DNA from: a virus
Taxonomy: Duplodnaviria > Caudoviricetes
DNA length: 64,000 nucleotides
IMG/VR virus record: IMGVR_UViG_2881871051_000001
Location: 27,638 to 91,637 of that record
Direction: 5' to 3' (one strand)
Positions 19,984 to 29,773 of this stretch are shown piece after piece. Positions within the stretch are counted from its first letter, which is position 1, and each line of letters starts with the position of its first letter. The position numbers were made by a program, and so were the translations under genes. The notes below the pieces were generated by a model. It ran no database searches. It saw only the letters and a list, made by a program, of their open reading frames with translations, and was not told where the DNA came from.

Positions 19984-20424
19984 ATGTCGGAAGCAAAGAA
20001 ACGTAGTCTTGAGGCGAAATTAGACGGACGCCAACGCAAAGCAGCGTTATTGTGCGTTCAGCGCGAATTTACTCCGGAAGATGAGCGGTTAGGGTTCGAT
20101 GCCATTGCGGAAGAAGTCGGAGTATCGCGCAATACCCTTTACGAATGGCGTACGCAGAAACGTCCGTTTATCGACTACGTTAATATTCTCGCGGACGAAC
20201 ATCTCGAAGAGAAGAGAGCGCTAGTTTACCGTCAGCTTATGAAGCTTATCGAAGGCTCGCAGCCATCCGTTAAGGCGATCGATTTGTATATGCGTCGGCA
20301 CGGTTTATTGACCGAGCGCCAGGTTATCGAAACGAAGGATAGCGGAGCGGGCCGGAGTAACGACGATGTGTCAGCGGAAATTGCGGAGCTGGAAGCGTTA
20401 TTGAGCGAGGAAGTACCGGAGTAG
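19984..20424 (+). CDS. terS: Terminase small subunit (HTH)
   Basis: IAEEVGVSRNTLYEWR HTH directly upstream of TerL. Confidence 0.8.
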   Translation: MSEAKKRSLEAKLDGRQRKAALLCVQREFTPEDERLGFDAIAEEVGVSRNTLYEWRTQKRPFIDYVNILADEHLEEKRALVYRQLMKLIEGSQPSVKAIDLYMRRHGLLTERQVIETKDSGAGRSNDDVSAEIAELEALLSEEVPE

Positions 20425-20455
20425 TCCGGACGCGTACGAAAGGAGACGATACGTT

Positions 20456-22210
20456 ATCGCTATAGTTGACGGAAAATGGCTTGACCGTGCGGAACGAGCG
20501 GAGCGTATCGCACTCATTACGGAACGTGCGAAGAAGTTGCGTGATTTAGCGAAGTCCGGGCGGGCAACGGAGTATCATACGGAAATGCTGCGGAGTGATA
20601 TTGCGGAGATTAAGCGGTTAACGCGGATACACCGTGCGGAGTTTGATACCGCATACTTCGCCTATGAGTATCTATCCGACGCAGGTAATCCGGAGAATGA
20701 CGATAATATTATCCGCAATGGCGAAGACGGAACGCCACACGATCCTTTAACGGAGATTGCGCCCATTCACCGCGAGTTCTTCGATTTATGCGATTACGTA
20801 GACCACGTCGTCCGCGAGGCCCGGCTCGCTGTCGCAGCTGCGCGGGGGCACAGTAAATCCGGTATGTTCTCGAATGCGTTTCCGCTGCACCAAACGGTAT
20901 TCCGAAAGCGCCGGTACATTCTCGTTATATCCGAAACGGATACGCTATCGAAGAAGCTTATCGGATGGGTAAATAAGCAGCTCAAATTTAACGAAAAGTT
21001 GCGCAACGACTTCGGAAGCCTACTATTCGAGCGGAATACGCAGAATGAGAAGGACAACGAAGAGGCGTTTATTACCGTTAGCGGTACGCTGGTTGAAGCG
21101 TCATCGTCCGGTAAGCAACTCCGGGGTAAGCGTCATGGCTCGTATCGTCCGGATCTCGTTATCGTTGACGATCCGTCTTCACAGAATAACGAAGGTACGA
21201 AGGAAGCGCGGGAGAAGCTCGTACACTGGTTCAATTCCGTTGTGGTCCCGATTGGAACGAAGTCTACCGCAATTATTCTCGTTGGTACGATGGTTAGCGC
21301 AACGGGTTTGCTGAAGCACGTACTCGACCGCAAGGACTTCCGCTCGTCGTTCCACGGCGCTATCGTTTCGGAGCCAACGAATCCGCGGCTGTGGGACGAA
21401 TACTGCGAAATATACGCTCGGTCCGAAGATATGACGGAGCCGGACGCGTTTTACGAAGCGAATAAAGAGGCGCTAGAGGATGGCGTCGCATTGGCGTGGC
21501 CTTGGCGCTGGTCCTACCGAGCGCTCATGCACGAAAAGGTGAATATGGGCACGCGCGCATATAATTCGGAGTTCCGGAATCTAGCGTTTAGCGAGGATGA
21601 GCAGTATTTCCTTCCAGAAAATTACGCCTATTACCGTTACGAGTACGAAGGGACGCGCCGGTTCATCCGTTACGAGGATCTGCGGATTCCGATCGATGAG
21701 CTGACGATTAGCGGCGCGTGGGATATAGCGCAAGGGAAGAACGCGCGAAGCTGTTATAACGCGGTGCTAACGGTGGGACGGCATGAGAAGACCGGATACA
21801 TCTTCGTGCTGGACGAATACGCGACGAAAGAACCGCCCAGCAAAATCCTGGACGTTATAATCGCGAAAATGAAGGAATATCGCCATAACGTATTTACCGT
21901 AGAGACAATTAACGCCCAATACGAGTATTACCAGCAGCTCCGCGACCGAATGCGTGTCGAGGGGCTTTATCGCGTCCGCCTGAACGATAACAAACACTAT
22001 AAAACCGGAAAAGAGGAGCGAATTGAGTCGCTGGAACCGCTGTTCCACAACCGGACGCTCATCCTTAACCGGTCTCATACGATGCTACTCGATCAAATGG
22101 CGCAATACCCACACGGAGATTATGTGGATTCGATAGATTCCTTGCAGATGGCGGTAGATAACGTTGCGAAGGCGAAGAAAGCAATCCGCAATAAACCCTC
22201 GTGGATGTAA
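20456..22210 (+). CDS. terL: Terminase large subunit
   Basis: AARGHSKS Walker A, VIVDD Walker B, HGDYVDS nuclease motif; probable ATC start. Confidence 0.92.
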   Translation: MAIVDGKWLDRAERAERIALITERAKKLRDLAKSGRATEYHTEMLRSDIAEIKRLTRIHRAEFDTAYFAYEYLSDAGNPENDDNIIRNGEDGTPHDPLTEIAPIHREFFDLCDYVDHVVREARLAVAAARGHSKSGMFSNAFPLHQTVFRKRRYILVISETDTLSKKLIGWVNKQLKFNEKLRNDFGSLLFERNTQNEKDNEEAFITVSGTLVEASSSGKQLRGKRHGSYRPDLVIVDDPSSQNNEGTKEAREKLVHWFNSVVVPIGTKSTAIILVGTMVSATGLLKHVLDRKDFRSSFHGAIVSEPTNPRLWDEYCEIYARSEDMTEPDAFYEANKEALEDGVALAWPWRWSYRALMHEKVNMGTRAYNSEFRNLAFSEDEQYFLPENYAYYRYEYEGTRRFIRYEDLRIPIDELTISGAWDIAQGKNARSCYNAVLTVGRHEKTGYIFVLDEYATKEPPSKILDVIIAKMKEYRHNVFTVETINAQYEYYQQLRDRMRVEGLYRVRLNDNKHYKTGKEERIESLEPLFHNRTLILNRSHTMLLDQMAQYPHGDYVDSIDSLQMAVDNVAKAKKAIRNKPSWM

Positions 22211-22227
22211 CGAAAGGAGGACGCAAT

Positions 22228-23802
22228 TTGACGAGGTTATTTTATCCTGGCGCACATTATCCGCCTGATAACGCAATCCCCCGTCTAGCACGATATAAAC
22301 GTGGCCGCACGATATTCGACGGACGGCATCCGGAGATATACGAACGAGCGTCATCGCTGCTGAAGGATACGCCGCACGCTGCGCAATTGAAGACGCTATT
22401 TATCGCGGTCAACTTGATGGATATATTGCTGACGAAGCCTGCGGATTTGTTAACGGGCGAACCGCCTACGTATGAAGCCGGTACTGGTCCGGACTCAATC
22501 GAACAGAAGCGCCTCGACTCGATTGTGGAAGAGAACGACTTGACGCAGATGATGCATGAGCTCGTTATCGGCGGAGGTTATCGCGGCGACTCCTGGATAA
22601 AAACGTATTACGCAGCCAGGGCGGACATGAGCGAAACTGAAGCGTTAGGACTCGAAGCGCCTGCAACGAAATTGGAGCCGATTATCGAAGCCGTACCGGC
22701 TAACGTTGTATTTCCGGAGTTGGCGCGCGGGAGTCGCAAGAAGTTTAAAGCGGTCAATATCGCATGGATCGATTGGGTCGAAGAACCCAGCGGCAGAGTT
22801 ATGCGTTGGCTGTCCGGTACAAACGAGACGTATACGCCATATCTCGTAGTCGAGCGTCATATTCCCGGATACATTACGTACGAGCGATTCCGGTTGACAG
22901 AGCGCGGCGTTAACGCGGAATGGGGCGTGCCGATTGCGACTTATACGGTCGGCGAAAAAGTAGCGACCGGACGCGAAGAAGATATCGTTGCAACCGGAAC
23001 CGACCGCTTACTTGTCCACCACATTCCGTATAAGAGCGTAGACGATCGTTGGGAAGGTATCAACGGAGTCGAGAAGCTGGAGAGCGTTCTAAGCGCGATT
23101 AACGAACGGTTGGCGCAAATCGACTATATCCTCTGGAAGCACAGCGACCCCACCGCATACGGTCCGGACATCGACGGGGAAGCGGACGACGGCGCAAGTG
23201 TACGGTTCGGCGGCAGGTATATCCCCGTTGCGAAGGACGAGGCCACTCCCGGTTATATGGTTTGGGAAGGCCAGCTTAACGCAGCCTTTACGGAGTTGGA
23301 CGTACTCCTCGGTATCGTATATCAGATGTCGGAGACGCCGCAATGGTTGTTCGGAACAACGCTTGCCTCCGATAAAGGCGGAACTGGCACGTCACATACG
23401 GATTCTGGCGCAATCAAGGCCCGGTTCATGCCGATCCTGGCGAAAGTTAACCGTATCCGGGCGCACGTTGACCGGGCGCTACGTGACGCTATCTGGACGG
23501 CGATGCAACTCGAAAATTACGCTAATCAGGGCGTTGAAGGTTGGGTTCCGTACAATCCCGTCTATCCACGGATTAATTGGCGCGACGGCGTTCCCATCGA
23601 CGAGAAGGAAGCCGCTGAAGTTGCGCATATACGAACCGGAGGCAAGGCGACGATATCCGTATTGGACGCTATTAAAACGCTGGATGGCGTAGACGACGCG
23701 ACCGCAATCGAAATGGTATCGCGGATTGATGACGACGAGACGCGCGTTATGGGAACCGTAGACGGAACGGTGTTTAACAGTCCTTCCGGAGCTGACGCGT
23801 AA
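22228..23802 (+). CDS. Portal protein (SPP1 type)
   Basis: Position after TerL, size, SGAIK motif. Confidence 0.85.
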   Translation: MTRLFYPGAHYPPDNAIPRLARYKRGRTIFDGRHPEIYERASSLLKDTPHAAQLKTLFIAVNLMDILLTKPADLLTGEPPTYEAGTGPDSIEQKRLDSIVEENDLTQMMHELVIGGGYRGDSWIKTYYAARADMSETEALGLEAPATKLEPIIEAVPANVVFPELARGSRKKFKAVNIAWIDWVEEPSGRVMRWLSGTNETYTPYLVVERHIPGYITYERFRLTERGVNAEWGVPIATYTVGEKVATGREEDIVATGTDRLLVHHIPYKSVDDRWEGINGVEKLESVLSAINERLAQIDYILWKHSDPTAYGPDIDGEADDGASVRFGGRYIPVAKDEATPGYMVWEGQLNAAFTELDVLLGIVYQMSETPQWLFGTTLASDKGGTGTSHTDSGAIKARFMPILAKVNRIRAHVDRALRDAIWTAMQLENYANQGVEGWVPYNPVYPRINWRDGVPIDEKEAAEVAHIRTGGKATISVLDAIKTLDGVDDATAIEMVSRIDDDETRVMGTVDGTVFNSPSGADA

Positions 23803-24650
23803 TGGCTATACTCCGCACGATACCCGACCCGACGTATGAGCGCGAGTTATCCGTTATTGCGGCGGTATTTAAGCGCGGTATTCGCGACATCCAATCGGAG
23901 TTATACCGCCTAGACTTATCTGCGTTATCTCGTGCGCAAGCAAACGCAGCACTCCGGGAGATTGCGAAGATACTCGCCAGCATTGACGCAAAGTCTGCCG
24001 CGTGGGTGGCGGAGAATATTCCGAAAGCAGCAACCGAAGGCGTCGCTCGTACGCTATATGCGCTTGAACTGACGGAGACGTACGAACAGGCTACGAAGAT
24101 AGCGAAGTTTAGCCGGTTGAATGCGGATTATGTTAAGGCGGCAGTAGCGGATACGCAGGCGGACTTGCTCGCCATAACGCGCAATATCGACAGTCGAACG
24201 CGGAAAGCCGTGCAACAAGCTGTATCCGATTCCATGCGCGCTAATCTCGCTAAAGGCGTAAACGGGCGGAGAACTATACAGCGGGACGTCCTCGCTAATA
24301 TGCGCCAGCAGTTAGGAACAGCGCTCGATACCGGAATCATTGACGCAGGCGGAAGACGCTGGAAGCCGGAAGTGTACGCCGAAACCGTTACGCGAACGAA
24401 GATGCAGCGGACGCACTTAGAGGCGACCGAAAACGAGGCGCTATCTCGCGGAGTCCAGTACGGGATTATTTCGCGGCATGGCGCTACTGATGCGTGTAGA
24501 GCGTACGAGGGGCGCGTAGTTAAACTGACTCCGGACGCTCCAGGAAGCTATCCGTATGTCGGAGACTTGAAGAAGGGAAGAGAAATCTTTCACCCCCTCT
24601 GTCGCCATCAAGTAACGCCCGTCCGTAATCCGGAAATTTACGGACAATAA
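23802..24650 (+). CDS. Minor capsid protein
   Basis: DAGGRRW, SRHGATDAC, FHPLCRH motifs. Confidence 0.8.
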   Translation: MAILRTIPDPTYERELSVIAAVFKRGIRDIQSELYRLDLSALSRAQANAALREIAKILASIDAKSAAWVAENIPKAATEGVARTLYALELTETYEQATKIAKFSRLNADYVKAAVADTQADLLAITRNIDSRTRKAVQQAVSDSMRANLAKGVNGRRTIQRDVLANMRQQLGTALDTGIIDAGGRRWKPEVYAETVTRTKMQRTHLEATENEALSRGVQYGIISRHGATDACRAYEGRVVKLTPDAPGSYPYVGDLKKGREIFHPLCRHQVTPVRNPEIYGQ

Positions 24651-24748
24651 TACGATGTCCTACGTTAAGACGTTAAACTGACGGAATCCATGCGCTACGC
24701 AAGTAAAGTGTCACGCGACACTGGCGCTAAAACGCGGGAGGAAACGAA

Positions 24749-25450
24749 ATGAGAACGTTTTTGAATGCGCAATTTTCCGATAGATTCATGCCGCTGTTTA
24801 ACCCGGAGCCAACACCGGCACCCACCGATCCCAATCCGCAGCCTGATCCGGACCCTAAGCCGGAGAAGACGTTTACGCAGGCGGAGTTGGACGCATTGAT
24901 TGCGGACCGTCTCGGAAGAGAGCGTAAGAAGTACGCTGACTATGACGAGTTGAAAACGAAGCTTACCGCATTGGAACAGGCGGAAGAAGAACGGAAAAAG
25001 ACGCAAATGTCGGAGCAAGAACGGTTACAGGCGGAGCGTGACGAAGCGTTGCGCAAAGCATCCGAAGCGGAAGCGTCAGTATCCGCGAAAGTTACCGCAG
25101 CCAATCAGCGCTTGATTAGCGCAGAATTCCGGACACTGGCGCGCGAGGCCAACGTACCAGCCGACCGGATTGCGGCAGCGTTGAAATTGGCGGATTTGAG
25201 CGGGGCTGACGTAGATGACGAGGGTAACGTAAGTGGCGTTAAGGAAGCGGTAGAGGCGTTAGTTGCGGCGAATCCGTATTTGGCGGAGAAAACGCAGCCC
25301 AAACCAATTGGTGGCGCAGGCGGTGGCGGTGAGCCTACGGATAAGACGAAAGAGCAACTGCTGAAAGAAGCCGCGGAAAAAGCGCGCAGGACCGGGCGTA
25401 TTGAGGACCGCATGGCGTACTCGGCGCTAAAGGACGAACTAAACAGATAA
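24749..25450 (+). CDS. Capsid scaffolding protein
   Basis: KTFTQAELD...RLGRER, NPYL. Confidence 0.85.
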   Translation: MRTFLNAQFSDRFMPLFNPEPTPAPTDPNPQPDPDPKPEKTFTQAELDALIADRLGRERKKYADYDELKTKLTALEQAEEERKKTQMSEQERLQAERDEALRKASEAEASVSAKVTAANQRLISAEFRTLAREANVPADRIAAALKLADLSGADVDDEGNVSGVKEAVEALVAANPYLAEKTQPKPIGGAGGGGEPTDKTKEQLLKEAAEKARRTGRIEDRMAYSALKDELNR

Positions 25451-25522
25451 CGTTATTCAAAGTCGCGGGTAATTGGCGGCTTATTTTATTACACAAAAAC
25501 ATATCAAAGGGGATATTTGAAA

Positions 25523-26611
25523 ATGGCTAAAGTTTATAACGCATCTCTGATTGGTAAGAAGGAATCAGTAGTTGACGAAATCCTGCTTTTGAATCCGCAT
25601 CAAACTCCGCTGCTGAACGCTCTGGGCTTTTCCGAAGCTGTAACCGCCGTTGAGCACGTTTGGTATGAGGACGAAATGTTCCCGGACGAAACCGTAACTA
25701 CCGCATCCGCGCTGGTTGACGACACCGCGATTGTTGTCGCTGATGTTACACCTTTCCGCGTTGGCTCCGTAATCAAAATCGGCGAGGAACTGCTGTACGT
25801 TTCCGCGATTAACACCGGTACCAAGACGCTGACTGTTACACGCGCTTACGCTAGTACTACGGCTGCTGCGATTGCTAACGCTGCCAAGGTCGAGTTCCTG
25901 TTTGATGAAGGTACCGAAGGAGCCGACGCTCGCGCGGCGCGTTACAAGGCTCGTGTACGGAAGTCCAACCTTACTCAAATCTTTACAGACTCTATCGAAA
26001 TTTCTGGTACTGCACAGGCTGTCGCTCAATACGGTATCGACAACCTGTACGAATACGAAAAGCAAAAGAAACAGCTCGAACTGGCCCTGCAACTGGAAAA
26101 GGCGTTGATTAACGGTGTTTCCTACGAATCCGGCCAGGTGCGCCAAATGAAAGGTATCCGTCAGTTTATTACAACTAACGTCACCAACGTTGGCGGCGCT
26201 GTGACTCTTGCCGCTATTAATACACTGGCACAAAGCATCTATGACGCTGGCGGTTTCAAACAAGCAGGTGACTACAAGATCATGGTCGCTGCAAAACAAA
26301 AGATTGCGCTGTCTGGCACCGATTCCAACAAGATCACGCTGACTCGCGGTGAGAATACCCGCGGTCAAGTAGTCGACAAGATCGTTACAGACTTCGGCGA
26401 GTTTGAAATCGTGCTTAACCAAAACCTGGCTTCCGACGAGTTGTTCCTGTTCGACTCCAACCGCGCAAAGATTCGTCCGTTGATTACCCGTGAGTTCTCC
26501 CACACTTACCTCGGCACTAAGGGCGACTACACTACCGGCCAAATCATCGGAGAGTACACGCTCGAACTGGAGCAAGAGAAGGCTCACGGTCGCCTGAAAG
26601 GTCTGTCTTAA
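25523..26611 (+). CDS. Major capsid protein with inserted beta domain
   Basis: Strong codon bias, NLTQIF motif, position after scaffold. Confidence 0.88.
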   Translation: MAKVYNASLIGKKESVVDEILLLNPHQTPLLNALGFSEAVTAVEHVWYEDEMFPDETVTTASALVDDTAIVVADVTPFRVGSVIKIGEELLYVSAINTGTKTLTVTRAYASTTAAAIANAAKVEFLFDEGTEGADARAARYKARVRKSNLTQIFTDSIEISGTAQAVAQYGIDNLYEYEKQKKQLELALQLEKALINGVSYESGQVRQMKGIRQFITTNVTNVGGAVTLAAINTLAQSIYDAGGFKQAGDYKIMVAAKQKIALSGTDSNKITLTRGENTRGQVVDKIVTDFGEFEIVLNQNLASDELFLFDSNRAKIRPLITREFSHTYLGTKGDYTTGQIIGEYTLELEQEKAHGRLKGLS

Positions 26612-26632
26612 GAAACGGAGGTTTAACGCAAT

Positions 26633-26875
26633 ATGACGGTAACATACGAATCTAAACGCTATCCGGCGCTGGGCTTTTATGTAGACGGCGCTTTTAAGCG
26701 TTTTTCTAACGGAGTTTACGTAACGGAGGACGTAGCGGAGATTGCGGTATTGGACGCAATGTCAGACGTAACTCGCGTCAGTGAAGCGGAGACGGACGCG
26801 GAGTCGGGACCGGGTATTCCGCAAGAGACGCCGGAGGTAAAGCCCGCGCCTAAGCGCAAGCCCTCCGCCAAATAA
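26633..26875 (+). CDS. Small virion-associated protein
   Basis: RBS; position after capsid gene. Confidence 0.65.
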   Translation: MTVTYESKRYPALGFYVDGAFKRFSNGVYVTEDVAEIAVLDAMSDVTRVSEAETDAESGPGIPQETPEVKPAPKRKPSAK

Positions 26876-26891
26876 ACGGGAGGTGTAGCGC

Positions 26892-27290
26892 ATGGCTATT
26901 ACGGTAGAAGACGCAAATACGTACATTAGCGCAAATTGTATCGATATTGACGACTGGAACGACGCAGGCGAGGCGAAACAACTACGGATTGTAAACGTCG
27001 CATCTCGTGACCTAGCGCAGTTTTATCCGTCGTATACGATACCAGACGCAGCGGTGTACGAATTTGCGAATGTGTTAGCGACGGTATACGGAGATTCCGT
27101 AAGGTTGGCGCAGCAAGGCGTTAGCGGATTCTCGCTAAGCGGAGTTGCTTCGTTCAACTATAAGGACTCCGCGATTAACATTCCAGGCGGAAGCACGCGC
27201 AAATATATTCCGCAAACTGCGCTCGATATCATTGGCGCGGAAAACGGCGTTACCTTATCGAAGCGCGGCGTTATGTGGAGCGTGATGTAA
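26892..27290 (+). CDS. Head-tail adaptor
   Basis: Synteny; TVEDANTY start motif. Confidence 0.65.
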   Translation: MAITVEDANTYISANCIDIDDWNDAGEAKQLRIVNVASRDLAQFYPSYTIPDAAVYEFANVLATVYGDSVRLAQQGVSGFSLSGVASFNYKDSAINIPGGSTRKYIPQTALDIIGAENGVTLSKRGVMWSVM

Positions 27291-27291
27291 C

Positions 27292-27606
27292 GTGGCGCTT
27301 ATACCGCTGAAGCAGGAAATCATCGTCACTCCGCCTGGTTCGGACGATCCGTGGGACCCGCAGCCGTCTACGCCATACTCCGTTAAATGCCGCTTACAAG
27401 AAGGCGTCAAACTCGTCCGCAACGCAAACAGTCAGGACGTCGTATCGTCCGCGCAGATTTATCTCGATAAGCTGGCGGAAATTACGCTGTCCGACCGGAT
27501 TGCTTACGTAGACGAGAACGGAGTCGAGCGGACGTATATTCCGATATCGATCGAGGTTAAGCGCAATCTCGGCGGAAAGCCAATCCTAACGGTGATTAAC
27601 GTATGA
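27292..27606 (+). CDS. Head closure protein
   Basis: Synteny. Confidence 0.6.
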   Translation: MALIPLKQEIIVTPPGSDDPWDPQPSTPYSVKCRLQEGVKLVRNANSQDVVSSAQIYLDKLAEITLSDRIAYVDENGVERTYIPISIEVKRNLGGKPILTVINV

Positions 27607-28007
27607 GTCTGACGTTCGACGATACCGCATTTCTGCGGATGCTTGATGTGACGGAGAAGAACGTACGGCGAGCGGTACGTAACGGATTAGGTGACGCGGC
27701 GGATGCACTCTTACACGACTCGCGTAATCTTGCGCCGTTAGATAAGGGAACGTTGCGAAGTACGGCTTGGTCCGGTGTTGACGAAGAGGGGACGGAGATT
27801 ACCGGGGTCGTAACGTATTCGGTGACGGAACAATCTGCGTCAGGCGAGCGGTTTAACTACGCGCTCTACCAACACGAACTCGGCGAATCGTATGCGGACC
27901 CGACAACGCCCGGAACACAGCCGAAGTTCCTTGAACGTCCGCTGAAACAAAACTATGACCGTTATATGCGAATCGCAACGGATCAGATTCGGAAGGAGTT
28001 GACGTAA
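27603..28007 (+). CDS. HK97 gp10-like neck protein
   Basis: APLDKGTLRS, YALYQHE, PKFLERP. Confidence 0.75.
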   Translation: MSLTFDDTAFLRMLDVTEKNVRRAVRNGLGDAADALLHDSRNLAPLDKGTLRSTAWSGVDEEGTEITGVVTYSVTEQSASGERFNYALYQHELGESYADPTTPGTQPKFLERPLKQNYDRYMRIATDQIRKELT

Positions 28008-28010
28008 CCG

Positions 28011-28388
28011 GTGTTTACCGTAGCGGAATTAAAATCGAATATAAACGCCGCCGTACCGTACACGTATTACGCCAACGAGTTCACGAGTACGTCCGTTGCT
28101 GATTCGGCGTACGTGCGGTTGAGTGGCGGAATGAAGCCCTCGGAGTGGACGAATACCTTGCGGCCATCCTTTCAGGTTGTCGTAAGGGGAGCGGAGAACA
28201 ACGGACCGACGGTAGAGGCGAAAGCCAACGCGATATGGGCGTATTATCATCAGCGGAAGAATTTTACGATAGGGACAACGCAGATACTCGCCTGCTTCGC
28301 GGATCAACCGGTTCCGCTGTATCTCGGGAGAGATAGCGCTAACCGTCCGTTATACTCGCTGAATTTTACGTTGATTCTCCAGAATTGA
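28011..28388 (+). CDS. Tail terminator
   Basis: PSFQVVVRG, LGRDSANRPLYSLNF. Confidence 0.7.
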   Translation: MFTVAELKSNINAAVPYTYYANEFTSTSVADSAYVRLSGGMKPSEWTNTLRPSFQVVVRGAENNGPTVEAKANAIWAYYHQRKNFTIGTTQILACFADQPVPLYLGRDSANRPLYSLNFTLILQN

Positions 28389-28468
28389 CGCAATAAAGCG
28401 CAGGCAGACGTCAGGACTCCGGTTCTGGCGTTTTTGCTGCGCCTAAAATAACGAAAGGGAGACTGAAT

Positions 28469-29008
28469 ATGGCCGCAAACACTGAGGACATTAAGCTCGG
28501 TCCGTGTAAAGTAACGTTTGATGTCGGAGGCACGTCGCCTGTAATCTTCGAGACCACGCAGGGCGGCGTCGTGCTTACGTACGAAGAAACTACACGGGCC
28601 GTTAATATCGACCAATACGGCACCACTCCGGTAAAGGAAATCGTAACTGGCCGGACTGCTACTATCGCGTGCCCGATTGCCGAGTACGACCTTGCCAAGC
28701 TTGCCGCAATTATTCCGGGCGCATCGCTTGTTACTGACGGAACTACTCCGACGAAGCAGAAGGTTGTCGTCAGCGCAACCAACGTAATCGACCTGCTTCA
28801 GTACGCGAAGAAGGTAAAGCTTGAACCGCTCGCAGCCGGTTCTACCGCGAACGATGCTATCACGCTGCTCAAAGCCGCGCCTCGTCCGGCGCTGAACTAC
28901 ACCTACAGCTACGACAATGAATTGATTACCAACGTAACGTTCACCGCTTATCCCGACGCTACCGGCGACCTTATCGTATTCGGCGACGAGACCGCTGTTG
29001 ATGACTAA
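28469..29008 (+). CDS. Major tail protein
   Basis: Synteny, codon bias, hairpin downstream. Confidence 0.8.
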   Translation: MAANTEDIKLGPCKVTFDVGGTSPVIFETTQGGVVLTYEETTRAVNIDQYGTTPVKEIVTGRTATIACPIAEYDLAKLAAIIPGASLVTDGTTPTKQKVVVSATNVIDLLQYAKKVKLEPLAAGSTANDAITLLKAAPRPALNYTYSYDNELITNVTFTAYPDATGDLIVFGDETAVDD

Positions 29009-29077
29009 GCACGCAAATATCAGCGTAAGGGTTGCGCATAATCGCGCAGCCTTTGCGCATTAGGAGCGAAAATAACC

Positions 29078-29479
29078 GTGATTCCACGATTTAATAAAAC
29101 GCAAAATGACGCTGTTTACTTCGGAGATACCCGCGTCGAGATTCCGAAGCTGACTATCCGCAAATGGGAAGCGCTGTTTGAGACGGTCGAATCTCTTCCT
29201 CAACTTATCGTTAACGTACTGGCCGCGAAAGGTAGCGCAGATTTTACAGCTACCCTCGTTGTTGCCGCAGGCATGGCGCTCGACGAAACCGTTAAGATTG
29301 TCGCTGCTATTACGGACCTTGACGCTGACTTTATCAAAGACAACGCAGGGCTTACGGAGTTGACGGATTTCATCGCGAAGACAGCGCAAAAGAACGATTT
29401 GTCCGCAGCCGCAAAAAAGCTCCAGGCCGCGTTCGTCCGGTTCGCGAAAACGACGGCCGTGAGCGCGCAGAACCCGTAA
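29078..29479 (+). CDS. Tail assembly chaperone (gpG-like)
   Basis: Between tail tube and tape measure; slippery A AAA AAG at 29413. Confidence 0.8.
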   Translation: MIPRFNKTQNDAVYFGDTRVEIPKLTIRKWEALFETVESLPQLIVNVLAAKGSADFTATLVVAAGMALDETVKIVAAITDLDADFIKDNAGLTELTDFIAKTAQKNDLSAAAKKLQAAFVRFAKTTAVSAQNP

Positions 29480-29769
29480 CACTGGCGGAATGGCTCGTAG
29501 ACGTAGCGGTAACACTTGGCGTCACGCAGGCGGAGTTATACGACGGATACTACGCGGTCGATTTGCCGCTGATATTACGCCGACACGCGCAGAAGGTAGC
29601 GCATGAGCGGATTATAGCGCTGCGTACGACGCTGGCCGTAAACATGGCGGATGAACGGATGCTGCGTGCATATTTCGACGAGTTGGCGGGACCCCGCGAG
29701 GAAACTGCGCAACCAGACGACTATGACCCGCAGGCGGTCGCAAGATTACGTAATAAGCTAGGGAGGTGA
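29413..29769 (+). CDS. Tail assembly chaperone -1 frameshift extension (gpGT-like)
   Basis: -1 frame is open from 29413 to the stop at 29769. Confidence 0.75.
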   Translation, partial: KKAPGRVRPVRENDGRERAEPVTLAEWLVDVAVTLGVTQAELYDGYYAVDLPLILRRHAQKVAHERIIALRTTLAVNMADERMLRAYFDELAGPREETAQPDDYDPQAVARLRNKLGR

Positions 29770-29773
29770 ACGG

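Noticed and set aside
25565-26587. 340-aa antisense ORF over the capsid gene
   Set aside because: Shadow ORF expected from strong codon bias; no RBS or protein motifs
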